From Escherichia coli 042 (GTDB taxonomy: Bacteria > Pseudomonadota > Gammaproteobacteria > Enterobacterales > Enterobacteriaceae): DNA of 64,000 nt. Below the pieces are notes generated by a model, which worked only from the letters and a program-made list of their open reading frames with translations, was not told the origin of the DNA and searched no databases. A program made the translations under genes and the position numbers. Shown here piece by piece: positions 41,666 through 53,063 of the stretch; the stretch's first letter is position 1, and each line of letters opens with the position of its first letter. The DNA lies in the NCBI RefSeq assembly GCF_000027125.1, contig NC_017626.1, one strand, 5' to 3'.

Positions 41666-41771
41666 ACTGAGAGCACAAAGTTTCCCGTGCCAACAGGGAG
41701 TGTTATAACGGTTTATTAGTCTGGAGACGGCAGACTATCCTCTTCCCGGTCCCCTATGCCGGGTTTTTTTT
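41666..41771 (+). ncRNA. gadY: GadY small RNA (antisense to the gadX 3' UTR)
   Basis: actgagagcacaaagtttcccgtgccaacaggg... is recognised as GadY. It ends in the terminator cccggtcccctatgccggg plus T8, 17 nt from the gadX stop. Confidence 0.85.
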
Positions 41772-41787
41772 ATGTCTGAGTAAAACT

Positions 41788-42612
41788 CTATAATCTTATT
41801 CCTTCCGCAGAACAGTCAGTGCCGTAAAAATTCCCTTGCGCAACAATACTTGCCGCCGAGTCACGGTTCGACAATCCCTGCGCCGATCGCTCCTGATACT
41901 CTGTGGGCGTCATCCCATAATAATTTCGAAAGACGTAAATGAAATACGACACGCTGTGATATCCACAGGACACTGCGACTCGCTTAATTGAAAAGCCATG
42001 TATAACAATAAGTTGCAAAGCATGTTGCATTCTACACTCAGTAAGCAACTGTGAATATGAAGTCTCTTCTTCGCGCAATTTTTTCTTTAACAGGCTTGGA
42101 CTCATCAACAGCTCGCTGGCGATTCGGGCTAGTGTCCACTCATGGGCGATATTATTATTGATAACCGTACAAACTCGTGTTCGCATGTTCGGTTGCAAAA
42201 CGTTCAGAAGTAGCGGTATAAACTGCTCATCCTCCAGAAAAACAGATAACAGCGCAAAGATTAATGCTCTTTTACGTAGCGTTTCTGCATAGCGAAGATT
42301 CTTATTCTGCGATAGTTGCGCAACTTCCTGAAAAACAGGAATATCTCTGGTACAGTGATGAACGAGTAATGAAGGAACTTTTTTATGTGCATGAAGTTTT
42401 AATGCCTCCTCCTTGAGCATCGGGAGAAATAATGAAAGCGTATCCCTTGAAACTAATATGAAATGTTCACCACACTTATCTACTCGAATTTGGCTTGCAT
42501 CCGCAAAAACCAGGTCACCGCCATTAAAATAGCGATATTCACCATTAACCATGGTGAGAATATATTTATGTCTTGCGTACGCAATTAGACAATTCCCATG
42601 TAGTGATTGCAT
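41788..42612 (-). CDS. gadX: AraC-family acid-resistance regulator GadX
   Basis: 274 aa. MQSLHGNCLIAYARHKYILTMVNGEYRYFNGGDLVFAD. Confidence 0.95.
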   Translation of the reverse strand: MQSLHGNCLIAYARHKYILTMVNGEYRYFNGGDLVFADASQIRVDKCGEHFILVSRDTLSLFLPMLKEEALKLHAHKKVPSLLVHHCTRDIPVFQEVAQLSQNKNLRYAETLRKRALIFALLSVFLEDEQFIPLLLNVLQPNMRTRVCTVINNNIAHEWTLARIASELLMSPSLLKKKLREEETSYSQLLTECRMQHALQLIVIHGFSIKRVAVSCGYHSVSYFIYVFRNYYGMTPTEYQERSAQGLSNRDSAASIVAQGNFYGTDCSAEGIRL

Positions 42613-42912
42613 AGTTGGCTTAATATTACATAAACATATTACTGTTTATTAATGTAGCACGCCGCCCTCTTAAGTCAAATTGATTGATAAATAAATTTTA
42701 ACGAAGCGGGAAAACAGGATGATAATCTACGGGCAGGATGACTGGATTTATAATACAAAAGGCGCGCTTAAGAACGCAGTGAAATTAATAATAAGCAAAT
42801 AATACCTTGTAGTGACATGAAAAATATCCGTTACATTGAATAAACATTCATATAACATATATCTTATCAACACGATGAATAGACAGCCAATATATTATTG
42901 CGATTAATAAGC

Positions 42913-42957
42913 AACCGAATGCCCAACTGTTTTTTAAAGGTTGGGCATTCGGTTTTT
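42913..42957. terminator. hairpin downstream of gadA (between gadA and gadX)
   Basis: 15-bp perfect stem aaccgaatgcccaac / gttgggcattcggtt. Confidence 0.6.
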
Positions 42958-42971
42958 ACAACGTTATGTTA

Positions 42972-44372
42972 TCAGGTGTGTTTAAAGCTGTTCTGCTGGG
43001 CAATACCCTGCAGTTTCGGGTGATCGCTGAGATATTTCAGGGAGGCTTTGTAGTCTTCCAGCAACAGTTCAGCAAAGTCCATTTCGAAGCCGCGACGACA
43101 CATAATGCGCATCACCACGATGTCGGTGGCTTCACCGCCGAGAGTGAAGGCCGGAACCTGCCAGCCGCGCAGACGCAGACGTTCAGAGAGGTCGTACAGG
43201 GTGTATCCCGGATCTTCACCATCTTTCAGTTTGAAGCAAACCGCCGGGATGCCTTCGTCCGGGCGACCGGTACAGATGAACTCATACGGCCCCAGTTTGG
43301 CGATTTCATCCGCCAGATAGGCAGCGACCTGGTAGGAAGCATTCTGTACTTTGGTATAGCCTTCACGACCGAGGCGCAGGAATTCATAGTACTGTGCAAT
43401 TACCTGACCCGCCGGGCGGGAGAAGTTGATGGCGAAAGTCCCAATCTGACCACCGAGATAGTCAACGTTGAACACCAGTTCCTGCGGCAGCGCTTCTTCA
43501 TCACGCCAGATAACCCAGCCGCAGCCCAGCGGAGCCAGACCGAATTTATGGCCTGAAGCACTGATCGATTTCACACGCGGCAGGCGGAAGTCCCAGACGA
43601 TATCCGGGGCGACGAACGGTGCCAGGAAGCCACCGCTGGCGGCGTCGATGTGCATGTCGATGTCGATGCCGGTGTCGGCCTGGAATTTATCCAGCGCATC
43701 GTGCAGCGGCTGCGGGAACTCATAGTTACCGGTGTAGGTCACGCCGAAAGTCGGCACCACGCCGATGGTGTTTTCGTCGCAGGCTTCAATCATGCGTTTC
43801 GGGTCCATAAACAACTGACCGGGGCGCATAGGGATCTCACGCAGCTCCACATCCCAGTAGCGGGCAAATTTATGCCAGCAGATTTGTACCGGACCGCACA
43901 CCAGGTTTGGTTTGTTGGTCGGCTTACCTGCGGCTTCCATACGCTTGCGCCAACGCCATTTCATCGCCATCCCGCCGAGCATACAGGCCTCGGAAGAACC
44001 AATGGTGTTGGTGCCAACGGCCTGACCATTTTTCGGCGCAGGCGCATGCCACAGATCGGCAACCATGTTTACGCAACGCAGGTCGATGGCTGCAGATTGC
44101 GGATATTCTTCTTTGTCGATCCAGTTTTTATTGATCGACAAATCCATCAATTTATGGACGTTTTCGTCGTCCCAGGTCTGGCAGAAAGTGGCCAGGTTCT
44201 GACGAGCGTTGCCATCAAGATATAATTCATCATTGATAATCTGGAATGCGACATCATCGCGCATTTCGTGCAGCGGAAATCGTTTTGACTCCGCGATAGT
44301 AGAAATGGCCTTTGCGCCAAAACGTGAATCGAGTAGTTCTGAGCGGAAATCCGTTAACAGCTTCTGGTCCAT
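42972..44372 (-). CDS. gadA: glutamate decarboxylase alpha (PLP-dependent)
   Basis: [40 protein letters not shown]..., 466 aa from the internal ATG, with the [14 protein letters not shown]-lysine motif. It is called gadA rather than gadB because it is linked to gadX. Confidence 0.95.
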   Translation of the reverse strand: MDQKLLTDFRSELLDSRFGAKAISTIAESKRFPLHEMRDDVAFQIINDELYLDGNARQNLATFCQTWDDENVHKLMDLSINKNWIDKEEYPQSAAIDLRCVNMVADLWHAPAPKNGQAVGTNTIGSSEACMLGGMAMKWRWRKRMEAAGKPTNKPNLVCGPVQICWHKFARYWDVELREIPMRPGQLFMDPKRMIEACDENTIGVVPTFGVTYTGNYEFPQPLHDALDKFQADTGIDIDMHIDAASGGFLAPFVAPDIVWDFRLPRVKSISASGHKFGLAPLGCGWVIWRDEEALPQELVFNVDYLGGQIGTFAINFSRPAGQVIAQYYEFLRLGREGYTKVQNASYQVAAYLADEIAKLGPYEFICTGRPDEGIPAVCFKLKDGEDPGYTLYDLSERLRLRGWQVPAFTLGGEATDIVVMRIMCRRGFEMDFAELLLEDYKASLKYLSDHPKLQGIAQQNSFKHT

Positions 44373-44451
44373 TTCGAACTCCTTAAATTTATTTGAAGGC
44401 AATAAAAAAGTAGGATTTATCCGCAATGGAAGCAAGGCATTACAGGCTTAA

Positions 44452-44471
44452 TTTAAATAACAAAATCCTAA
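44452..44471 (-). promoter_or_regulatory. GAD box (GadE binding site) of the gadA promoter
   Basis: The minus strand reads TTAGGATTTTGTTATTTAAA, an exact match to the 20-bp GAD box as I recall it. Confidence 0.85.
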
Positions 44472-44540
44472 GCAGAAAAACGACTTTTTATAATATAAAC
44501 ATTTAACATGATAATATTAAAAACAGACTTTATTATCGTA

Positions 44541-44572
44541 ATGAAAATCGCCCAAACATTCCTGTTCGGGCG
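44541..44572 (-). terminator. yhjA terminator
   Basis: On the minus strand, cgcccgaaca-ggaa-tgtttgggcg is followed by attttcatt. Confidence 0.7.
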
Positions 44573-44582
44573 ATTAAATTAA

Positions 44583-45980
44583 TTATTGTTTATCCTGCAT
44601 ATACGGCGTGTAAACCCCGTTCAGACTGTGCAGGAAAGCTACGATATCATCCACATCCTCCTGCGGCAGCTCTTTGCCTACCTGATAGCGCAACATCAGT
44701 TTCACCGCCCCGTCCAGCGTCGGCACATCACCGCGATGGAAGTACGGTGCCGTTAGTGCAACGTTACGTAAACCGGGTACTTTCTGACGCAATTTATCGC
44801 GCTCTTCTTTAGTAACATTCATACGACCAATATCCGCCGCCGTAATTTCACCAAAGTTAAAGTCTTTTTTCAGCCCCAACGGTTCGAAGGAACGTCCGCC
44901 GAGAATAATACCACCATGACAAGTTGCACATTTATTATCTTTAAATAATTGATAGCCTTTTTTCTGTTGTGCCGTCAGCGCATTCTCATCTCCACGCAAC
45001 CATTTATCAAATGGGGAATCCGGCGTAATTAATGTTTTCTCAAATTCAGCAATGGCATCAGTAATATTTTCGCCACTGAAACCTTGCGGATAGACTTCGA
45101 GGAACTGCGCTTTAAGCTGCGGATCTTTTTCCAGCTTAGCAATAATTTCGTCCCAGGATTTCGACGCCATTTCAATCGGATTCAACGGCGGTCCACCAGC
45201 CTGATCCTGCAATGTTGCCGCACGACCATCCCAGAACTGCTCAACGTTAAATACTGAGTTAAATACCGTCGGCGCGTTAATCGGGCCCACTGCGCCACCA
45301 ACACCAATCGATGTTTTTCTGCCATCGACGCCCCCCGCATTCAACGCATGGCAATGAGCGCATGAAATGGTGCTATCAGCCGATAAACGGGGATCGTGAT
45401 ACAGCGCAAAACCCAACTCCACTTTTTGCGCATCGGTAGGCAGTTTTTGCGGGATGGGCTGCACCGGTTCATTGCGATGCTCCGGAGCAGTATCATTGCT
45501 GGCGTAATATTCCGCGCGCTGTTTTGCAATCCAGGCCAGTATTTCCGCCCGCTCTTCATCACTCACCTTACCCGCCCAGTGTAGCGCGGTATAACGCGTT
45601 GGCGGCATAGTTTCATACTGCATCACCCATTCAATCTTATTCAGATCGCTTTGCGAAACGGGTTTATCAGCCAACAGAGCCGCACGCACGGCCTCGAGGT
45701 TAAAAGATTTATATCCAAGCTTTATGTCGTAATCCATCAACTGTTTCGCGCCGGGAATATAATAATAGGCAGGTAATTCTGCCGAAGGCGTATGGCAATA
45801 ATCGCATCCTTTTTCGCGGAGAAAGCCTAAAACCTGATTATTTTCACTGACAGCAGATGCCTGAACATCGGCCTGTTTACTGCGTTTATTATCGTGGTAC
45901 CACACATAACCAGATAACCCTAAATAGCAAATCGCGACGCCAGCCAGGCCGATCGCGGTAATACGTGAGACCATTTTCAT
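44583..45980 (-). CDS. yhjA: cytochrome c peroxidase (tri-heme, membrane-anchored) YhjA/Ccp
   Basis: 465 aa with an N-terminal TM segment and three CxxCH motifs (CDYCH, CAHCH, CATCH). Confidence 0.93.
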   Translation of the reverse strand: MKMVSRITAIGLAGVAICYLGLSGYVWYHDNKRSKQADVQASAVSENNQVLGFLREKGCDYCHTPSAELPAYYYIPGAKQLMDYDIKLGYKSFNLEAVRAALLADKPVSQSDLNKIEWVMQYETMPPTRYTALHWAGKVSDEERAEILAWIAKQRAEYYASNDTAPEHRNEPVQPIPQKLPTDAQKVELGFALYHDPRLSADSTISCAHCHALNAGGVDGRKTSIGVGGAVGPINAPTVFNSVFNVEQFWDGRAATLQDQAGGPPLNPIEMASKSWDEIIAKLEKDPQLKAQFLEVYPQGFSGENITDAIAEFEKTLITPDSPFDKWLRGDENALTAQQKKGYQLFKDNKCATCHGGIILGGRSFEPLGLKKDFNFGEITAADIGRMNVTKEERDKLRQKVPGLRNVALTAPYFHRGDVPTLDGAVKLMLRYQVGKELPQEDVDDIVAFLHSLNGVYTPYMQDKQ

Positions 45981-46087
45981 TATTCTTCCCTCACGGTGGT
46001 GAGTTATTGTGACCCAGAAAATTTTCCAGAATGCTGCAAACGTCTCTGCGAGACAAAGCCATCATAAAAAACAGGGAGATACGCTTT

Positions 46088-46101
46088 TTGATAGGAATCA
46101 A
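46088..46101. promoter_or_regulatory. FNR box upstream of yhjA
   Basis: TTGATaggaATCAA is a perfect match to TTGAT-N4-ATCAA. It lies ~110 bp upstream of the yhjA ATG. Confidence 0.75.
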
Positions 46102-46354
46102 TCAATTACATGAATATAAACTATCAATAAGATAGCCTGTGCCTATTACCCAGATCAGAAATGGCATATCATGATTGCGGCGAGAGCAGGATTGAATGTT
46201 CTGAAAATGAAAAACAAAACCAAATCCGTATTTTTATAAATTCCATTGATATTAGTGCGTTATATTTTTTGACAAGTTAATAAACGTGATCTACCGCACG
46301 CTTTGTCGCCCACCAGGCGGAGCGAATGACTACCCTTAAAGAAAAGCCCGATAA

Positions 46355-48034
<1,680 letters not shown>

Positions 48035-48040
48035 TATTTT

Positions 48041-48072
48041 TACAGCCAGCCGCTAACTTCCTGCTGGCTGTA
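48041..48072. terminator. hairpin between convergent treF and yhjB
   Basis: Stem tacagccagc-(12 nt)-gctggctgta followed by aaatt. Confidence 0.65.
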
Positions 48073-48084
48073 AAATTATCCTCT

Positions 48085-48687
48085 TCAGGAGGAGATATTT
48101 AACATCATTGCCGCCTGGGTGCGATTTTTCACTTCCAGACGGCGATACAGGGATTCCAGATGCGCTTTTACCGTTCCGGTACTGATATTCAGCGCCCTGC
48201 CGATCTCTTTATTTGATTCGCCCGCCGCTAACATGGTTAAAATCTCCCGCTGGCGGGCGCTTAACGATTTGAGATCTTTAATGTCCTTTTCCGGCGTCGT
48301 CCGCCAGTCTCCAGGCAGAAACATCATCCCCATCGCCGCACTATTTACCGCCAACGCAAATGTCTCGACGGTTGAATCACGAGGCACAATGGCCAGCACA
48401 TTAAAATGGATAACTTCCTGTAACCACCGTTTATTACAATCCGTCGCCGTAATTAACACCTTAACCTCAGGAAATTGCACCACGGTTTTTTGCAGCAACC
48501 AGTAGCAAAACTCACCATCCTGATCGCCATCGAGCATCACTAAGGCTTCAGGGTAACTTTCCAGCTTTTGCCATAACTCGTCTGCCTGACCGGCCCCCTG
48601 AATACTCACTCCTGGAATACGCTGCTGTAAACTGATTTTCATTCCATGAATAAATATTGACTGCCTGTCAAACATGACTATTTGCAT
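48085..48687 (-). CDS. yhjB: LuxR/NarL-type response-regulator-like protein YhjB
   Basis: 200 aa with a receiver-like N-terminus and a C-terminal LuxR HTH (LSARQREILTMLAAGESNKEIGRALNISTGTVKAH). Confidence 0.92.
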   Translation of the reverse strand: MQIVMFDRQSIFIHGMKISLQQRIPGVSIQGAGQADELWQKLESYPEALVMLDGDQDGEFCYWLLQKTVVQFPEVKVLITATDCNKRWLQEVIHFNVLAIVPRDSTVETFALAVNSAAMGMMFLPGDWRTTPEKDIKDLKSLSARQREILTMLAAGESNKEIGRALNISTGTVKAHLESLYRRLEVKNRTQAAMMLNISS

Positions 48688-49206
48688 AACTGAATCTCCA
48701 CCTGAATACGTTAAAAAGACTTAAGTAGTGGAAGGGTATTACCCGCGAGAAAAAATAAGAATTCGCCATTTGGCGGTGGCCATTCTACAGAGATGACGCG
48801 TAGAAAATAGTTACCGATATAAATAGTTACAGCTAAACGCCTGAAATTACATGTCGAGGGCACTATTTAAAACAATTTTGAGGATTTCCTTATATTGATG
48901 GTTAGTACGCATGCAATTAAAAATGAAACTCCGCGACCACAAGCAAAAATAACAAACGGCAATGAGACAAAAATAAGCACAAATAGCCAACACGTCCTCT
49001 GTTCACTTTAAAGGGAATCGCTGAAAAAAACGCTCTGTTTAGGGAAATTCACCTTTCTCATAAAGCTATTCCGCCCTTTTCCTGCTGAGAAATCGCCACA
49101 TTCGTCATGACAACATTGTGAAACCCGGCATAAGATGTTAGAAAAAACAATAAACAATGCGATATGCGCGCTACTGTTTCGCTGTGAACAACAATCGGTC
49201 AAAGAA

Positions 49207-50106
49207 ATGGATAAAATTCACGCAATGCAGTTGTTCATCAAAGTCGCTGAGCTGGAAAGTTTTTCCCGCGCAGCGGATTTCTTTGCTTTGCCAAAGGGAA
49301 GTGTTTCGCGCCAGATACAGGCACTGGAACATCAACTTGGCACCCAGCTTCTCCAGCGCACCACGCGGCGGGTCAAACTCACGCCAGAAGGCATGACCTA
49401 TTATCAACGGGCAAAAGATGTGTTGAGTAATCTCAACGAACTGGACGGTCTGTTTCAACAGGATGCCACCAGTATCAGCGGTAAATTACGCATCGACATC
49501 CCGCCAGGAATCGCGAAAAGCCTGTTACTGCCGCGTCTGTCGGAATTTCTCTATCTGCATCCGGGAATTGAGCTGGAGCTGAGTAGCCATGACCGTCCGG
49601 TAGATATTCTTCACGATGGTTTTGATTGCGTGATACGCACTGGCGCGTCACCGGAAGATGGCGTTATCGCCCGTCCCCTCGGCAAACTGACCGTGGTCAA
49701 TTGTGCCAGTCCACACTATCTGACGCGCTTTGGTTATCCTCAAAGCCCCGACGATCTGACTTCGCACGCAATAGTGCGTTACACACCGCACCTGGGTGTA
49801 CATCCGTTAGGTTTTGAGGTTGCCAGCGTTAATGGCGTCCAGTGGTTTAAGTCTGGCGGCATGTTGACGGTAAACAGTCGCGAAAACTATCTCGCCGCCG
49901 GTCTTGCCGGTCTGGGGATTATTCAGATCCCGCGCATTGCCGTGCGCGAAGCCCTGCGTGCCGGGCGGCTTATTGAAGTGTTGCCTGGCTACCGTGCCGA
50001 GCCGCTCTCCCTTTCGCTGATTTATCCGCAGCGTCGGGAGCTTTCCCGGCGTGTAAACCTGTTTATGCAGTGGCTGGCTGGCGTAATGAAAGAGTACCTG
50101 GACTGA
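49207..50106 (+). CDS. yhjC: LysR-family transcriptional regulator YhjC
   Basis: MDKIHAMQLFIKVAELESFSRAADFFALPKGSVSRQIQALE contains the LysR HTH. The internal ATG gives 299 aa. Confidence 0.9.
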   Translation: MDKIHAMQLFIKVAELESFSRAADFFALPKGSVSRQIQALEHQLGTQLLQRTTRRVKLTPEGMTYYQRAKDVLSNLNELDGLFQQDATSISGKLRIDIPPGIAKSLLLPRLSEFLYLHPGIELELSSHDRPVDILHDGFDCVIRTGASPEDGVIARPLGKLTVVNCASPHYLTRFGYPQSPDDLTSHAIVRYTPHLGVHPLGFEVASVNGVQWFKSGGMLTVNSRENYLAAGLAGLGIIQIPRIAVREALRAGRLIEVLPGYRAEPLSLSLIYPQRRELSRRVNLFMQWLAGVMKEYLD

Positions 50107-50154
50107 CCGACTATACTTTTTAAGAATGACCACGACAGAAGGACAAAAGAGCGG

Positions 50155-51168
50155 ATGACGCAGGAAAACGAGATCAAACGTCCCACCCAGGATCTGGAGC
50201 ACGAGCCGATTAAGCAGTTGGATAATAGCGAGAAAGGCGGCAAAGTTAGCCAGGCGCTGGAAACCGTCACCACCACTGCCGAAAAAGTCCAACGCCAACC
50301 GGTTATTGCGCACCTGATTCGCGCAACAGAACGCTTTAACGATCGGCTGGGTAACCAGTTTGGTGCGGCTATCACCTATTTCTCATTTTTATCGATGATC
50401 CCGATTTTGATGGTGTCGTTTGCCGCAGGGGGCTTTGTGCTGGCCTCCCATCCGATGTTGCTACAGGATATCTTCGACAAAATTCTGCAAAACATCAGCG
50501 ATCCGACGCTAGCCGCCACGTTGAAAAACACCATCAACACCGCCGTTCAGCAGCGTACTACCGTAGGGCTTGTCGGCCTGGCGGTGGCGCTTTATTCCGG
50601 CATCAACTGGATGGGTAACCTGCGTGAAGCGATTCGCGCCCAGTCGCGCGATGTCTGGGAACGCTCGCCGCAAGATCAGGAGAAGTTCTGGGTAAAATAT
50701 CTGCGTGATTTTATTTCGCTGATTGGTTTGTTGATTGCACTGATTGTGACGCTTTCGATCACCTCGGTTGCCGGTTCGGCGCAGCAAATGATTATTAGCG
50801 CCCTGCACCTGAACAGCATTGAGTGGCTGAAACCGACGTGGCGGTTGATTGGCCTGGCGATTTCCATCTTCGCCAACTATCTGCTTTTCTTCTGGATCTT
50901 CTGGCGCTTGCCGCGCCACCGTCCGCGCAAAAAAGCCCTGATTCGCGGAACATTTCTGGCTGCGATTGGTTTTGAAGTGATTAAAATCGTGATGACCTAC
51001 ACCCTGCCATCGCTGATGAAATCCCCCTCTGGCGCAGCATTTGGTTCCGTGCTGGGACTGATGGCGTTTTTCTACTTCTTCGCCCGTTTGACGCTGTTTT
51101 GCGCGGCGTGGATTGCCACCGCCGAATATAAAGATGACCCGCGAATGCCGGGGAAAACGCAGCGGTAA
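50155..51168 (+). CDS. yhjD: YihY/BrkB-family inner-membrane protein YhjD
   Basis: 337-aa polytopic ORF recognised as YhjD. Confidence 0.92.
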   Translation: MTQENEIKRPTQDLEHEPIKQLDNSEKGGKVSQALETVTTTAEKVQRQPVIAHLIRATERFNDRLGNQFGAAITYFSFLSMIPILMVSFAAGGFVLASHPMLLQDIFDKILQNISDPTLAATLKNTINTAVQQRTTVGLVGLAVALYSGINWMGNLREAIRAQSRDVWERSPQDQEKFWVKYLRDFISLIGLLIALIVTLSITSVAGSAQQMIISALHLNSIEWLKPTWRLIGLAISIFANYLLFFWIFWRLPRHRPRKKALIRGTFLAAIGFEVIKIVMTYTLPSLMKSPSGAAFGSVLGLMAFFYFFARLTLFCAAWIATAEYKDDPRMPGKTQR

Positions 51169-51206
51169 TTCAATGGTTTATAATGCCTGATAAACGCACG
51201 GTCGAT

Positions 51207-51246
51207 CCCCTCGCCCCTTCGGGGAGAGGATTAGGGTGAGGGGGTA
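51207..51246. repeat. GC-rich palindromic intergenic repeat
   Basis: cccctcgccccttcggggagaggattagggtgagggggt is a recurrent E. coli intergenic motif type. I cannot name the exact family. Confidence 0.5.
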
Positions 51247-51559
51247 CAAGCCAGCCAGAGACCAGGCAATGACATGCACATAACCACCTGAAACTACATT
51301 TCTTCAGGAGCAAACAATTTCATACCAACTCATAACCCCAGCATATAAATCCAGTTGGTAACTTTTATTTAACCTGAAACCAGTTTTATCCACTATTTAT
51401 AAAATTATGTGAAGCATTTCATAGAAGAAAAATCACTGGCCTAAACATTATCCCCTTTTTGCCTGGTTTTTGACCATTTCCGCGATTTGTTACACATTGA
51501 AATATCACTTTTGCTGTGCGTAATATGGCTATTCGTTAGCCAAAAAATAAGAAAAGATT

Positions 51560-52882
51560 ATGCAAGCAACAGCCACAACACTCGACCACGAGCAAGAATA
51601 CACGCCGATCAACTCGCGTAATAAAGTCCTTGTCGCCTCTCTCATTGGCACGGCCATTGAGTTTTTCGACTTTTACATTTACGCCACTGCGGCCGTTATT
51701 GTGTTTCCGCATATCTTCTTCCCGCAGGGCGATCCTACGGCAGCAACGCTCCAGTCGCTCGCCACCTTCGCCATCGCCTTCGTCGCGCGCCCCATTGGCT
51801 CTGCCGTTTTTGGTCATTTTGGCGATCGCGTTGGGCGTAAAGCGACGCTGGTCGCCTCGTTGCTAACGATGGGGATTTCGACCGTGGTGATTGGTCTGCT
51901 GCCGGGCTATGCCACGATTGGTATTTTCGCCCCGCTGCTGCTGGCGCTGGCTCGATTTGGTCAGGGTCTGGGCTTAGGCGGTGAATGGGGCGGCGCGGCG
52001 CTGCTGGCGACTGAAAACGCCCCACCGCGCAAACGTGCACTGTATGGCTCCTTCCCGCAGCTGGGCGCACCGATTGGCTTCTTCTTTGCCAACGGCACTT
52101 TCTTGCTGCTTTCCTGGCTACTGACCGACGAGCAGTTTATGAGCTGGGGCTGGCGTGTGCCATTTATCTTCTCAGCGGTGCTGGTCATTATCGGCCTGTA
52201 TGTTCGCGTGTCGCTGCATGAGTCGCCGGTGTTTGAGAAAGTCGCTAAAGCGAAAAAGCAGGTGAAGATCCCGCTGGGTACGCTGCTGACCAAACACGTA
52301 CGCGTCACGGTGCTCGGTACCTTCATCATGCTGGCAACCTATACGCTGTTTTACATCATGACGGTCTACTCTATGACCTTTAGTACCGCCGCCGCGCCAG
52401 TTGGGCTTGGCCTGCCGCGTAACGAAGTGTTGTGGATGCTGATGATGGCAGTTATTGGTTTTGGCGTGATGGTGCCAGTCGCCGGATTACTGGCTGATGC
52501 CTTTGGTCGCCGTAAAAGCATGGTAATCATCACCACGCTGATCATCCTGTTCGCGCTGTTCGCCTTTAACCCGCTGCTCGGTTCTGGCAACCCGATTCTG
52601 GTTTTTGCCTTCCTGCTGCTGGGGTTAAGTCTGATGGGACTGACCTTCGGGCCGATGGGCGCGCTGTTACCAGAGCTGTTCCCGACAGAAGTGCGTTACA
52701 CCGGAGCATCGTTCTCTTACAACGTAGCGTCGATTCTCGGGGCTTCCGTTGCGCCGTATATCGCAGCCTGGTTGCAGACTAACTACGGGTTAGGTGCGGT
52801 GGGGTTATATCTGGCGGCGATGGCTGGCTTGACCTTAATCGCCCTACTGCTGACCCATGAGACGCGACATCAATCGTTGTAA
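51560..52882 (+). CDS. yhjE: MFS metabolite:H+ symporter-family transporter YhjE
   Basis: 440 aa, 12-TM-like profile, with the MFS loop motif GHFGDRVGRK. Confidence 0.93.
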   Translation: MQATATTLDHEQEYTPINSRNKVLVASLIGTAIEFFDFYIYATAAVIVFPHIFFPQGDPTAATLQSLATFAIAFVARPIGSAVFGHFGDRVGRKATLVASLLTMGISTVVIGLLPGYATIGIFAPLLLALARFGQGLGLGGEWGGAALLATENAPPRKRALYGSFPQLGAPIGFFFANGTFLLLSWLLTDEQFMSWGWRVPFIFSAVLVIIGLYVRVSLHESPVFEKVAKAKKQVKIPLGTLLTKHVRVTVLGTFIMLATYTLFYIMTVYSMTFSTAAAPVGLGLPRNEVLWMLMMAVIGFGVMVPVAGLLADAFGRRKSMVIITTLIILFALFAFNPLLGSGNPILVFAFLLLGLSLMGLTFGPMGALLPELFPTEVRYTGASFSYNVASILGASVAPYIAAWLQTNYGLGAVGLYLAAMAGLTLIALLLTHETRHQSL

Positions 52883-52894
52883 TAAGAGTGAAAA

Positions 52895-52991
52895 GCCTGA
52901 TGCGCTACGCTTATCAGGCCTGAATTTCCATACAATATATTGAATTCGCAAAGATTTGTAGGACGGATAAGGCGTTCACGCCGCATCCGGC
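52895..52991. repeat. BIME (two REP units in opposite orientation)
   Basis: gcctgatgcgctacgcttatcaggcct plus tgtaggacggataaggcgttcacgccgcatccggca. Confidence 0.85.
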
Positions 52992-53031
52992 ATGAACAAA
53001 GCACACTTTGCCAACACTCTAAATCTGTTTA

Positions 53032-53058
53032 ATTGCCGGATGTCAGACATCCGGCAAT
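53032..53058. terminator. hairpin just downstream of yhjG
   Basis: 11-bp perfect stem attgccggatg-tcaga-catccggcaat. Confidence 0.6.
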
Positions 53059-53063
53059 TATCA

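Noticed and set aside
42966-44225. 196-aa and 191-aa ORFs antisense to gadA
   Set aside because: These are shadow ORFs opposite gadA with no start context.
49807-50375. 168-aa and 117-aa minus-strand ORFs across the yhjC/yhjD junction
   Set aside because: They overlap two recognised + strand genes, and their composition matches an antisense frame.
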